From the sequence record KJ190157: a stretch of DNA of 64,000 nt; one strand, given 5' to 3'. Numbering within the stretch: the first letter of the stretch is position 1; every line of letters starts with the position of its first letter. The notes under the pieces were generated by a model. The model worked only from the letters and a program-made list of their open reading frames with translations. It ran no database searches and was not told where the DNA came from. Below, piece after piece: positions 1-9,275 of this stretch. Origin of the DNA: Escherichia phage vB_EcoS_FFH_1. Position numbers and translations under genes: made by a program.

Positions 1-735
1 TTACGCAACTTTTAATTTCTCGATATATTGTTGCGGGCTGCAACTATATTCTGCGCGTTCTTCCTCGGTCATACTTTCCCAACATAATTGCAGGCGGTCG
101 GCTAGAAACTGATAATCATTATCATCCTCAAGAGATTCATCAATAAAGGTTTCACCTATCAATGTAACCCCAATCGATAGAATATCGTTAACGGCTTGCG
201 CGTCCAGCGTTTTAAATCCGTATGATGCCGCCGCTGATAGCACGCCTTTATGATCATCAATCATTGTAAAATCAGCGTTCGGATATAACTGTTTAAATAA
301 TTCAAAGTAGTAAGATTTATATACAGCGTCTTTACTGTGGTATATTTCGCTAACCTTATCAGCCTCAAAATATTTGTGTAGTGTATCGCGGGAAAACACG
401 CGGATATTACTATCACCACGACCGCGCACTCCTTGTTTACGCAAATAATAATAGTCCGACTTGCTCATCAGTCGAGCGGTGCAAATAATGTTTAGCGTAT
501 TAACATCATTCATACATTGGCGCATATATGTAACAAGCGGCAATAAAGTATCTTGCATTATTAAATCATGTTTGCAGGCTTCATTTTTATACTTATTTAA
601 ATCTAAATTGCCCTCGCTATCAAAGCAAGGCGCTACACGATGGAAAGAGTTAATGATAGTGCCGTCCAGATCCCAAATCATGACGCGGGAAATATGCGGG
701 AAATTACGGGTAATATTCGTTTTAACTTGATTCAT
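1..735 (-). CDS. dmp: 5'-deoxyribonucleotidase (HAD-like), pre-early
   Basis: 244 aa ORF; N-terminal HAD motif I (WDLDGT); position left of A1/A2 as in T5. Confidence 0.75.
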   Translation of the reverse strand: MNQVKTNITRNFPHISRVMIWDLDGTIINSFHRVAPCFDSEGNLDLNKYKNEACKHDLIMQDTLLPLVTYMRQCMNDVNTLNIICTARLMSKSDYYYLRKQGVRGRGDSNIRVFSRDTLHKYFEADKVSEIYHSKDAVYKSYYFELFKQLYPNADFTMIDDHKGVLSAAASYGFKTLDAQAVNDILSIGVTLIGETFIDESLEDDNDYQFLADRLQLCWESMTEEERAEYSCSPQQYIEKLKVA

Positions 736-767
736 TTTGTTACGTTCTCCATTTAAGGGATTAGATT

Positions 768-799
768 AATTCAGCATTGCCCGCTATTTATAAGCGGGC
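768..799 (-). terminator. hairpin terminator candidate
   Basis: TTGCCCGCT...AGCGGGCAA stem with A/T-rich flank. Confidence 0.5.
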
Positions 800-815
800 A
801 ATAATAAATCAACTA

Positions 816-1211
816 TTAAAGACCATAAGCCAACGCATCAGCGATAAAACTAATATCCTCGCCAGATACGCTGGAACGAATCCCCGCGCAGGTGTATACC
901 TTTGCGCTCGCTAGTTGGTCATCAAGGCAAGCGGGGCAAGGAGCGACAACTGCAAAGGCTAGGCCGGATTTTACGGCGTCGATGATAATCGTTTCTTGTT
1001 TCACCGTGTCAACATAAACGCCTTTTGCTTTAATATGGCTGGTTAGTTTGCCCTGCGTATAGGCAAAGGTAGTAACCTGCAAAGCGTCATTGAAATCTAA
1101 CAATTCATCAATAACGTGCCCCGCCTCGACGTGGTAACGCTCACCATTAGAATAAACTAGAACAATAGAAGACTGAGCGCGGTCGAATGGGATACGGTTA
1201 GATTTAGCCAT
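816..1211 (-). CDS. hypothetical protein
   Basis: 131 aa ORF, same strand as neighbours, hairpin terminator downstream. Confidence 0.5.
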   Translation of the reverse strand: MAKSNRIPFDRAQSSIVLVYSNGERYHVEAGHVIDELLDFNDALQVTTFAYTQGKLTSHIKAKGVYVDTVKQETIIIDAVKSGLAFAVVAPCPACLDDQLASAKVYTCAGIRSSVSGEDISFIADALAYGL

Positions 1212-1249
1212 GTTTATAACTCCAGTTAGTTTAATAAAGGGTATTTAAT

Positions 1250-1507
1250 TTACTTGATAATAATCTGCATTTGATACGGCGTTAATTCACCATTTACGGG
1301 TAAATTATTATCGCTTAGCCACTCATAAAAAGCGTCATCATCGTCAAAAGGGACAATATCATTATCACGATAATCGACCGTAATAATCCCATCCGTATTA
1401 GTTTTGGCGGCTAGGATAGGCCCGAAGCTGTAAACTTTATCGGATTCCATTTCATCCGGTGAAATAAATGCTTTTTCGTCTAATGTTTTGGGTAATGTAA
1501 CTTTCAT
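1250..1507 (-). CDS. hypothetical protein
   Basis: 85 aa acidic ORF between A1 and upstream gene. Confidence 0.45.
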   Translation of the reverse strand: MKVTLPKTLDEKAFISPDEMESDKVYSFGPILAAKTNTDGIITVDYRDNDIVPFDDDDAFYEWLSDNNLPVNGELTPYQMQIIIK

Positions 1508-1564
1508 TCTAATTTAGCTCCTATAGTAGCGGCTATATTTCAAGCCGCTAGGGTAATAATTTAA

Positions 1565-3229
1565 TTATGCAAAGAATTTACCGTTTTTAAAGTCAATCAA
1601 AGTGCGCTGACCGTTTGCATAGGTAATTAAATGCGTTTGCGTCCAGCTTGACGCGCCAACGTTGTAACCCATGTCCAGACTACCAGCCACGCCAGCGGTA
1701 TATACGCCACCGTAAATGCTGGCGGTATGGGTATGCCCCGTGTTTAACTTGCCCAATTTCTTAAATTGTTTAGGATTGCCACGGCTGCCGTTAATGCCGT
1801 TGTGACCGTGTACACCACATTCAATGCCTGCAATCTTGAAAGATTGATCAGTGGTTAGGAAAATGGCGTTAAACTCACAACCTGCAACCTTGCGCAAAGC
1901 ATAATCCAGCACGTTAAACGTTTCGTCGTGTTCACCGATTGCCGCGTAAATTGCAGCATTCAGGCGGTGATATAACTCGGCGTTTGCTGGATCGTCTTTA
2001 ATGTTAGCATTTCGATCATCAAGCCAACGGGATAACGCCAGATCGTGGTTTGATTCAACAATGATCGTTTGACTAAAATCACGTTCCATCGATTCCAGCA
2101 CGCGCCCAGTATCGATTAAGTCATCCAGAACTTTATCACGTCCGGCGGCGTACTGTTTTGCTAGGAATACACCGGATGCACGGTTATGATGATTGCGCGA
2201 TGTAAAATCATGCACGTCATGCACAAACTGATATTTTGGTTTAAGAATATCAAGCAAGCTATTTTCGCCATCCCATGACGCAGCGGCGCATTCTTCATCT
2301 AATTTTTCAGCGTGGATGTCGCCATATTGTAAACCTAAAACGTGCCCCGTTGTTTCATAGCATCCGGCAGGAGTAGCGCAAACATTCAGATCATAAAACA
2401 CGCCGCTTTCGTCCATTGTTTCAAGCTGGCGAACAAAAAATTCCCCGTCCTCATCGAACTCAACAATCAGCGCACCGAAATTATGCAGCGCCTCGGCCTT
2501 TTGTCCTGCTTTCTGCTGAATGTAATTTTTGAGCGTTGCCGTTCCGGTTGAATACATGCGGCGCACAATTTCACCTTTTAAAGCTGGCACGCTTTCGGCG
2601 GTGATTTTAGCCGCTCCAATTGCCAGACCTTCCAGATTAAGCGCGGTTGCAGTTTCAGCGAATCCAGAAAGCGGATAATCTGCGGTTGGCAAAACATTAA
2701 TTTCAGCCATGAAAGCAAAACGGCGGTTATTTAAAAACACGTTTTTGCTGCAAATATATTTATCAAATGCGGAATCATATTTGATTCCGTCTGCACCTTC
2801 TCCATTCTGGAAGCCGTTTTTATTATAAATATACTTAGAAACAAGCAAATCAGCGCCGATATATTTAGCAAATTGCTCCAGTGAGGCTAAAAAGTTTTTA
2901 TGCGGGAAAGTATTGTTCTGAATCGATGTAATAATAAAGCGTTTACCTTGTTTTACTTCCCATTGCTCAACCGTGCTAGAAACAATCCCCGCCGCTTCTG
3001 GGCGCTCATCGTTTTTAATGGCTTTTGCTACTTTCGCCGCTTTCGGTTTCGCTGGTTTATTTGCTTCCAGCCAATCACAAATAGCGGTGGAATGTTTTGG
3101 AGTATCGTAAACCGCTTTTGATATATCGTCGCAGACCTCCAGTTTAGTAGCGCGCAGACGTTTACCGTAGAAATTAAAGTCAGCGGCCATTTTCAGGATA
3201 ACGGTTTGTTTTTCTGCGGAAATAATCAT
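1565..3229 (-). CDS. A1: pre-early protein A1-like, calcineurin-like metallophosphoesterase
   Basis: 554 aa; motifs GDIHAE, GHNGINGSRGN, GHTHT typical of Mre11/SbcD-type phosphoesterases; size and position match T5 A1. Confidence 0.7.
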   Translation of the reverse strand: MIISAEKQTVILKMAADFNFYGKRLRATKLEVCDDISKAVYDTPKHSTAICDWLEANKPAKPKAAKVAKAIKNDERPEAAGIVSSTVEQWEVKQGKRFIITSIQNNTFPHKNFLASLEQFAKYIGADLLVSKYIYNKNGFQNGEGADGIKYDSAFDKYICSKNVFLNNRRFAFMAEINVLPTADYPLSGFAETATALNLEGLAIGAAKITAESVPALKGEIVRRMYSTGTATLKNYIQQKAGQKAEALHNFGALIVEFDEDGEFFVRQLETMDESGVFYDLNVCATPAGCYETTGHVLGLQYGDIHAEKLDEECAAASWDGENSLLDILKPKYQFVHDVHDFTSRNHHNRASGVFLAKQYAAGRDKVLDDLIDTGRVLESMERDFSQTIIVESNHDLALSRWLDDRNANIKDDPANAELYHRLNAAIYAAIGEHDETFNVLDYALRKVAGCEFNAIFLTTDQSFKIAGIECGVHGHNGINGSRGNPKQFKKLGKLNTGHTHTASIYGGVYTAGVAGSLDMGYNVGASSWTQTHLITYANGQRTLIDFKNGKFFA

Positions 3230-3319
3230 ATTAATAAAACTCCATTAAAGGGACTAGGTTAATAATGGCAATATTGCCAAATATAACGCCTCGAATAATA
3301 GGCGTTATAATTTGCAACA

Positions 3320-3517
3320 TTAGTTTAAAGGCATAAGGCTAGAACTAACACCACAAGCAACAGCGGCAATAAAACAAATCAGACCTAAACGTTTTGCTAG
3401 TTTAGATTTACGTTTAAAATAATATGAATCTAAATCATTTTGAAAATAAGCGAACAATAACGAGGCCGCCATAATAAACAAGCCTAGAATTAATGATTCA
3501 GTAGGAAAGAAAATCAT
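3320..3517 (-). CDS. small membrane protein
   Basis: 65 aa, two hydrophobic helices. Confidence 0.4.
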   Translation of the reverse strand: MIFFPTESLILGLFIMAASLLFAYFQNDLDSYYFKRKSKLAKRLGLICFIAAVACGVSSSLMPLN

Positions 3518-3607
3518 TTTTAAAACTCCTGATTTAAGGGAAGAAAATAACTATCGCTAAACAGTTATATTATTGCCCCCTCACTAGAAGGGGGCAAGGT
3601 ATAACTA

Positions 3608-4015
3608 TTATTCGCCTGCGGCTTGTTTCACTTCATCGGCAACGCCCAGCAATTGCGCTACCGCATCCAGCGTTTCAAGTTTTGCGCTTTCCAGACTTGC
3701 CAGATCATCAGCGTCTTTGATAATGCCGGAATCAATAGCGTGTTTAGCGATAACGCGCACATAGTGAGCTTTACGCACAGAGCTACCGCCGCCAACTTTA
3801 CGCGGCTTATCGCTTTTTTGATAGGCTTTTGCGCTGGTCAATTTTGACCGAACGGATACTGGAGAAGCCGCGCCCACTGCTTTTGCAATCTCTTTCAGGC
3901 CGTCGCTATTTGCAAAATCTAAACCGTTTTCGTTGATTAACTGCTGGTACATAGAAACAGCTTTCTGAGTGTTTTCTTCATTCCATGCGAATTTTGCGGT
4001 TTTAGCGTTAGTCAT
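3608..4015 (-). CDS. A2: pre-early protein A2-like (putative DNA-binding)
   Basis: 135 aa ORF immediately downstream-left of A1; basic C-terminal half. Confidence 0.55.
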   Translation of the reverse strand: MTNAKTAKFAWNEENTQKAVSMYQQLINENGLDFANSDGLKEIAKAVGAASPVSVRSKLTSAKAYQKSDKPRKVGGGSSVRKAHYVRVIAKHAIDSGIIKDADDLASLESAKLETLDAVAQLLGVADEVKQAAGE

Positions 4016-4116
4016 GATAAAAACTCCTATTAGTTTAATTTAAGGGATTAGATTAACATAATGTTAATCGTTATATACCCCGAACTACTGGGGTATATAA
4101 AGTTAACACTATAAAC

Positions 4117-4368
4117 TTATGCTACAGCTTCCCATTTTTCGTTACGCTGGACAACCTTTACAACGTCGCCGGATTTAACGCGAACGCTAAAAACGGTTTT
4201 ACCGTTGTTACTACGTTCCGTTTCAGCGTATACCGCGTCGATTGTATCAAATGGCATAAGCGCCGCGCCTTTAATGCGTTCGGCCTTTCCGGTTAATTCA
4301 TCCGTTTTAGTAACGAAAGGAATAAAAACGGATTGACCAATTTTAGGCGTGGTAATAACGTTTTGCAT
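4117..4368 (-). CDS. hypothetical protein
   Basis: 83 aa ORF. Confidence 0.45.
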   Translation of the reverse strand: MQNVITTPKIGQSVFIPFVTKTDELTGKAERIKGAALMPFDTIDAVYAETERSNNGKTVFSVRVKSGDVVKVVQRNEKWEAVA

Positions 4369-4404
4369 AGTATAAACTCCAAGTTATTTAGGGGATTGTT
4401 CCGC

Positions 4405-4433
4405 ATTACCTGCTAGAAAGTAGCAGGTAATAA
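4405..4433. terminator. 10-bp perfect hairpin
   Basis: TTACCTGCTA-GAAAG-TAGCAGGTAA. Confidence 0.5.
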
Positions 4434-4564
4434 GTAACAATCCGCTCGCCAATATAATCAATTTAAAGAACTCCACGCAGGCCGCTATATCCCAGTTAGG
4501 GGGCGGGGCACATTATGGTAAGTGCCGACCGTCAAATTTTATCAAGTTATCGCTCTTATCGAAC

Positions 4565-4589
4565 TGGGTACATCTTAAAGCCTATCGGC
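4565..4589. repeat. 25-bp perfect inverted repeat, left arm
   Basis: TGGGTACATCTTAAAGCCTATCGGC; exact reverse complement at 4833-4857. Confidence 0.85.
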
Positions 4590-4596
4590 TAGGGTG

Positions 4597-4800
4597 TCAA
4601 ACAATTTTTTGCAGTTTTTTATGATTTTCTTTTAAGTCAATCATAATATTGCGCCAGATCATTTCCAGACCTTGCTGGCGGCCTTTCTTGTACTGCGTGA
4701 ATCTATATCTTACGGATTGTTGAGCTACTGTCAACAATTTTTTAGTAGTAACATCTAATTTTTTAGCTGGTTTACCAGTGATCAAAAGCGTTTGTTTCAT
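4597..4800 (-). CDS. small basic protein enclosed by 25-bp inverted repeats
   Basis: 67 aa Lys/Arg/Gln-rich ORF; perfect IR arms at 4565-4589 and 4833-4857. Confidence 0.4.
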   Translation of the reverse strand: MKQTLLITGKPAKKLDVTTKKLLTVAQQSVRYRFTQYKKGRQQGLEMIWRNIMIDLKENHKKLQKIV

Positions 4801-4832
4801 ATCGTCGATTCCTTATAATAGATAAGTTTACC

Positions 4833-4857
4833 GCCGATAGGCTTTAAGATGTACCCA
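4833..4857. repeat. 25-bp perfect inverted repeat, right arm
   Basis: GCCGATAGGCTTTAAGATGTACCCA. Confidence 0.85.
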
Positions 4858-5298
4858 ATTTTTAAAGAGCGTGGCGGTAAACTTCCCGCCGTGTAGTTCG
4901 TCATTGCCGCCCTACGTGATAAATAATAGCAAATACCAAAAATGGCGCAACCTTATTTTTGTAAAGAAACGTAAAGACAAGTGCCACCGGACACCGTGCG
5001 GCAATTGCCTAAGTTTAAAGGAAACGGGCGCGAATACCATAAAACCCAGCGGGTTGGCAAGTAATTTTTTCATTTATATTTGCCTTGCCCTACTTGACAA
5101 AACTTAAAAAGCTCGTGGTAGCGATAAACGAGGGTAGGCAATGCAATGGCATGGCTAAAACTTTCATCGCGTTCTAGGGCGTTTTAGGCCGCTTATTTTC
5201 GAATTAACAAATCATTAACAACCGCAAAATTGAAAAATAGTTGGAAAAGGTCTTGACTTTTAAAAATCAAGACCAAATGACTTAATTTAGTAAATAAA

Positions 5299-5817
5299 TT
5301 AATTGACAATTCCAAATTCAGCTTTTTTAGTTTCAAGCCATAATAGTAACTCTTGTAAATCATAACCAGACTTACTAACACGTTTGTTAGTAATAGGATT
5401 CTTAATTTGAGCAGTCAAATAGTCACGCCCGTAACTATCACGGGGGCGAACTTTATTAACGTAAATGTTTCTAGGGATACCATTAGCACGCTTACAGTTT
5501 TCATACTCACTAGGAGTACGATTATAATTATTCTGCGAACTATCAACCGCGCGAAGATTCCAGATGTTATTATTACGTGGGTTACGATCAATATGATCAA
5601 TCATTAGCTCGCTATCTATACCCCCATTCATTATACAAAAGATAATTCTGTGCACTTTGAATTGTCCCATATCTAATAATTCAACTTGCCAATAATTACC
5701 ATTTAAACCACCTGCGACGGCGTGATCTTCCCGCCAACGTAAAAATGATAACGCTGTTTCATCATAATAAAAGTAACTATTAAAAAGATCATAATCTATA
5801 TCTTTATACTTAGGCAT
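5299..5817 (-). CDS. HNH homing endonuclease
   Basis: 172 aa; HNH motif IDHIDRNPRNNNIWNLRAV plus AP2-like C-terminal DNA-binding region. Confidence 0.7.
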   Translation of the reverse strand: MPKYKDIDYDLFNSYFYYDETALSFLRWREDHAVAGGLNGNYWQVELLDMGQFKVHRIIFCIMNGGIDSELMIDHIDRNPRNNNIWNLRAVDSSQNNYNRTPSEYENCKRANGIPRNIYVNKVRPRDSYGRDYLTAQIKNPITNKRVSKSGYDLQELLLWLETKKAEFGIVN

Positions 5818-6007
5818 CTAATTGTTTCCTTATGTTATTAATTTAATCTCTATTATATTATATCAAAATAGTTAGCAAGCGAGCTAATGAGTTTTTCAGG
5901 ATTAGTTAGCAGACTCATAATCACGGTAAAATCCTATTAGCCAACTAACTATATTTTACGATATAATAACTTTATAAATTAGTTAGTGAGAAAAACTATC
6001 ATTTAAG

Positions 6008-6114
6008 TTATCCACAGACTTAATCACAGCACAAAATAATTTGACATGATAGGCGGCGATATAAGGACTTTTACACAGACTTATCCACATGTTATCCTAC
6101 TGTATAAATATACA
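6008..6114. repeat. left arm of large imperfect inverted repeat with two DnaA boxes
   Basis: TTATCCACA at 6008-6016 and 6081-6089; palindrome ACTGTATAAATATACAG at 6098-6114; reverse complement recurs at 8951-9058. Confidence 0.8.
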
Positions 6115-6382
6115 AGGTAAAAAGGTAGTGTTAACAACTGCAATCAATTTTAAGCCGCCTAAAACGCTTTCTAACGAGCTAAATGCGGTGGGGTAATATT
6201 AAAGTAAAGCCTCAATGCGTCGCCCTGGTGGCTTCGCCGTGTTTTGCTCTTTATTACACCGCTGCGCGGTTATCATAAAAATAGGCGCTAGGCAAGGAAA
6301 ATAAAAAGGTAAAATAATATTTGCCCCTAGAAAGAAAATACCTTTATCATTCACTCACCGATTAACGAGGGAGGCCGAACAA

Positions 6383-7393
6383 ATGAGGCTATATAAACCA
6401 GATAACGCAACCGTTTTAAAAGGTGCATTGCGCAACCTGCTGGACGGTGGCAAGTCAACCAGCATTAAACATTTTATTAACAAGGCTGAAACTATTCATC
6501 AAAACTTTTTTGATGATTATGACGCCTATGATATGGATAGTTTTCTACCATTATATAAGCAAGGGGCAACGCTAGTTTTATATAATCGGGATTGCCATAT
6601 CTTTACAGGCAGGGGAGCGGGGCCGGATACCGATTTTATTGTTGCGCAGGGTAATAATATTGTTGCGTATCATAGCAATTCAGGCCGTCAATCATTTAAT
6701 ATAAATAGTTTTGAGCTTATTGGGCTTGATCTGATAAATGGACTTTCTAGCATTGAGGGATTTTTAGATGTTATCTGGAAGTATTTACCCGCTGGATGGC
6801 ATAAGCCGGATAACGACGGATCTCAATATACTGGTATAATGGCTTTTGATGGCGATGGTAATTTTTTGTTACCTTCGAAATTATACCCGTATGTTTATAA
6901 TGATCTGATAGAAGAAGCCGGGTTTTCTTTCTGGAAAGATGAAGATCAGATTATTGACAGCGTAGAAAACCATGCTGTAAATTCTAACACTCAAAGCGTT
7001 AACACTCAAACTACTGAAAACAAAGGAAAAAACACCATGACCAAGATCGCTAATATTGTTGCCGCTAATAAATCCGCTGCTGTAAACGCTGCAAAACTGG
7101 AAGCAGGTAAAATTGCATTGACTCAAATTACGAAAGTAGCGGCTAAAAAAGCACCGTTCATGATCAAAGGCTATATTGATACGCCGATTGGTCGGGTAGT
7201 GATTGCCAACCTGCTGAGTGTAGCGGTTGACCAGTACGCCCCAAGTAACCAAAAGGCGAAAGCGGTGGCAGGTGCAGCTATGGAAGCGGCTATGTTAGAA
7301 ATGGTGCAAAGTTTTAACATCGCTGAGATGATTGATGAAATGGTAAAAGGTATTGATATTTCTACTTTTACCACTAGCACCGAAAGCGAGTAA
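6383..7393 (+). CDS. hypothetical protein
   Basis: 336 aa ORF, RBS GAGGGAGG upstream, terminator at 7422-7447. Confidence 0.6.
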   Translation: MRLYKPDNATVLKGALRNLLDGGKSTSIKHFINKAETIHQNFFDDYDAYDMDSFLPLYKQGATLVLYNRDCHIFTGRGAGPDTDFIVAQGNNIVAYHSNSGRQSFNINSFELIGLDLINGLSSIEGFLDVIWKYLPAGWHKPDNDGSQYTGIMAFDGDGNFLLPSKLYPYVYNDLIEEAGFSFWKDEDQIIDSVENHAVNSNTQSVNTQTTENKGKNTMTKIANIVAANKSAAVNAAKLEAGKIALTQITKVAAKKAPFMIKGYIDTPIGRVVIANLLSVAVDQYAPSNQKAKAVAGAAMEAAMLEMVQSFNIAEMIDEMVKGIDISTFTTSTESE

Positions 7394-7421
7394 TAGCTAA
7401 CCTAATGTAAAGTTTTGTAAA

Positions 7422-7447
7422 GGCCGCCTCTTATGGTGGCCTTTTTT
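7422..7447 (+). terminator. rho-independent terminator
   Basis: GGCCGCC...GGTGGCC followed by TTTTTT. Confidence 0.7.
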
Positions 7448-7510
7448 GTTATAATGCCTTTACACCGTTTGAGGACGGTTGAAAATTTTCCCAAAAATTG
7501 GAGGCTTAAA

Positions 7511-7741
7511 ATGGTTGCTTATTCTTCTGCTAGTCATCTGTTCACCGCTCAAGGCTGGGTATCTAACCGCGTTATTATTCACGAAATGGTGCAAGAATAT
7601 GGCATTGCTAAAACATACACTACCATTCAGGCGCTCTATGATAATGATCAAATCGATCAGCAAACGGCGGGCTTTTTGCTGGATACCCTGAAGGCGGAAC
7701 ATTGTACCAAAAAACAAGCCGCTAAAATTGTTTTAATGTAA
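7511..7741 (+). CDS. hypothetical protein
   Basis: start chosen at ATG after GGAGG RBS (table ORF begins 7433); terminator hairpin 7752-7775. Confidence 0.5.
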   Translation: MVAYSSASHLFTAQGWVSNRVIIHEMVQEYGIAKTYTTIQALYDNDQIDQQTAGFLLDTLKAEHCTKKQAAKIVLM

Positions 7742-7781
7742 GTAATAACGGGGCGTTATTTTCGCCCCGCTAACTAGGAGA

Positions 7782-7937
7782 ATGAAAATGGTTATTTTTC
7801 GAGCTATTTTAGCGGGTATCTTGGGCGCTATTTTATCGTTGTTTGCAATAGCTTTCGGTGTTCACGCGGTTATTATTGGCGCGGGTATCGCTGCATTTTC
7901 TTATCTGCTGGGCTGCATGACTAGTAAAGGAGAATAA
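7782..7937 (+). CDS. small hydrophobic peptide
   Basis: 51 aa, AGGAG RBS, Gly/Ala/Ile-rich single TM. Confidence 0.35.
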   Translation: MKMVIFRAILAGILGAILSLFAIAFGVHAVIIGAGIAAFSYLLGCMTSKGE

Positions 7938-7939
7938 AA

Positions 7940-8152
7940 ATGATCCGCAATGTTTCCCTTGCCCGTTCGAAAGGCTTTAAGCTGGTGGATGTTAACACGT
8001 TCGAGCGTGAAGATTGTAAAATCGAATATGTAGCACGTAATAAGAATGCCTTTCGTGTTACAGAAAAGAAATTTGACAAGCGCGGCAACGTGATCGCTGA
8101 AACGGTTAAACACTTTGCCACCTTTTACGCTGCGTTTCGTGGGGTGTTATAA
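7940..8152 (+). CDS. hypothetical protein
   Basis: 70 aa, RBS AAAGGAG. Confidence 0.5.
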   Translation: MIRNVSLARSKGFKLVDVNTFEREDCKIEYVARNKNAFRVTEKKFDKRGNVIAETVKHFATFYAAFRGVL

Positions 8153-8153
8153 A

Positions 8154-8498
8154 ATGGTTATTTATGAGGGCAACCGCTTTGTTGCTAATTGCCGCCCTGC
8201 ATTGCTAGCAAATTACTTAAATCAGCTTTCACCAGCTTATAAGGGCGTTATTAATATTTATGAAGGCAAGGCGCATTATAAAATCAATGCGGTCGTTGCC
8301 CGTGAACTAGCGTTTCAATTTTTGACCTTTGCATCTTGTGACGTTCAGGTCATGGGTGAAGCGTTAATTGCAGAAAATGAAGATGATTTTATTAATATTT
8401 TTCGCAAGATATGCACCGAGCGCCTGATAATGAAAGGCGCTTATATTCAATCCACTGCGGATAGTATTGAAACAGCGTTTCGAAAGGTGGCGCAATGA
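8154..8498 (+). CDS. hypothetical protein
   Basis: internal ATG of table ORF 8115..8498 chosen to avoid overlap. Confidence 0.45.
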   Translation: MVIYEGNRFVANCRPALLANYLNQLSPAYKGVINIYEGKAHYKINAVVARELAFQFLTFASCDVQVMGEALIAENEDDFINIFRKICTERLIMKGAYIQSTADSIETAFRKVAQ

Positions 8499-8698
8499 GC
8501 AATAAAATTGTTGTAACCAAAATCAGTACAATGGTTGATGTTTTTTACGTGCCCGATACGCCGGAAAACCGGCAAGCGGTCGAGCGTGGCGAGTATGATA
8601 AAGTGATTTATGATCACGATGGTTATTATCAGCATTTGGTCGATTCCTATGGGGAAGAGGAAAAGATCACGCATCAATTACCGGAGGATGGTTTATGA
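8495..8698 (+). CDS. hypothetical protein
   Basis: 67 aa, ATGA overlap with upstream gene. Confidence 0.5.
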   Translation: MSNKIVVTKISTMVDVFYVPDTPENRQAVERGEYDKVIYDHDGYYQHLVDSYGEEEKITHQLPEDGL

Positions 8699-8808
8699 AA
8701 CGATGGTTTAATCACTGGTACAAGCGGTTTTTAGTACGCCGTCGCAAATCTAGACATCAAGATGAGTGGCGGGAGTGGGCAAAGCGTAACGGTTGCCCGC
8801 TACTCTGA
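8695..8808 (+). CDS. small basic peptide
   Basis: 37 aa Trp/Arg-rich, ATGA overlap, terminator follows. Confidence 0.3.
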   Translation: MKRWFNHWYKRFLVRRRKSRHQDEWREWAKRNGCPLL

Positions 8809-8812
8809 AAAC

Positions 8813-8837
8813 GACGGGGATTAGCTCCCCGTTTTTC
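8813..8837 (+). terminator. rho-independent terminator
   Basis: ACGGGGA...TCCCCGT followed by TTTTT. Confidence 0.7.
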
Positions 8838-8950
8838 CATGCCTCCAGTTAAATACCCCCTTGTTTAGTATCCCCACCAAAATTAAACGCGTTAGAATGC
8901 GATCTAGGACGTTTTAGCGGTATATTAGAATTATTCACTACATAGGAATA

Positions 8951-9058
8951 CTGTATATTTATACAGTAGGATAAGCTGTGGATAAGTCTGTTAATAACGC
9001 CTCAAAATGGCTAGGATTCTGTCAAGTCAAATCGTGCTGTTAATAAGTCTGTGGATAA
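8951..9058. repeat. right arm of large imperfect inverted repeat with two DnaA boxes
   Basis: TGTGGATAA at 8978-8986 and 9050-9058; palindrome ACTGTATATTTATACAGT at 8951-8968. Confidence 0.8.
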
Positions 9059-9084
9059 CTTAAATAATAGTGTTTCTCACTTCC

Positions 9085-9240
9085 ATTCTTAAATGCAAAT
9101 CATTATCATTCGCATTTCACTTTCTAAATGAGAATCATTTCACTTCTTGAATAGTTCTCATTTCACTTTTTAAATGCGAATTATTATCATTCTCATTTCG
9201 CTTTTTAAATGAGAATAATTATCATTCGCATTCGCATTCA
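9085..9240. repeat. degenerate direct repeats (TTAAATG[A/C]GAAT...ATCATTC units)
   Basis: about five 25-35 bp units with internal dyad symmetry, read directly. Confidence 0.6.
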
Positions 9241-9242
9241 GG

Positions 9243-9275
9243 CGAGCGGGGGCAATTGCCCCCCGCGCTTTTGTG
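9243..9275 (+). terminator. hairpin/terminator
   Basis: GCGGGGGCAATTGCCCCCCGC followed by TTTTG. Confidence 0.55.

Noticed and set aside
2342-3121. Plus-strand ORFs inside A1 (2342..2551, 2900..3121)
   Set aside because: Embedded antisense to a long well-supported gene; no translation signals.
5193-5607. ORFs 5193..5381, 5407..5607 and 5415..5600
   Set aside because: Overlap the HNH endonuclease gene or its 3' flank in other frames; Ile/Val-rich translations typical of AT-rich frame artefacts.
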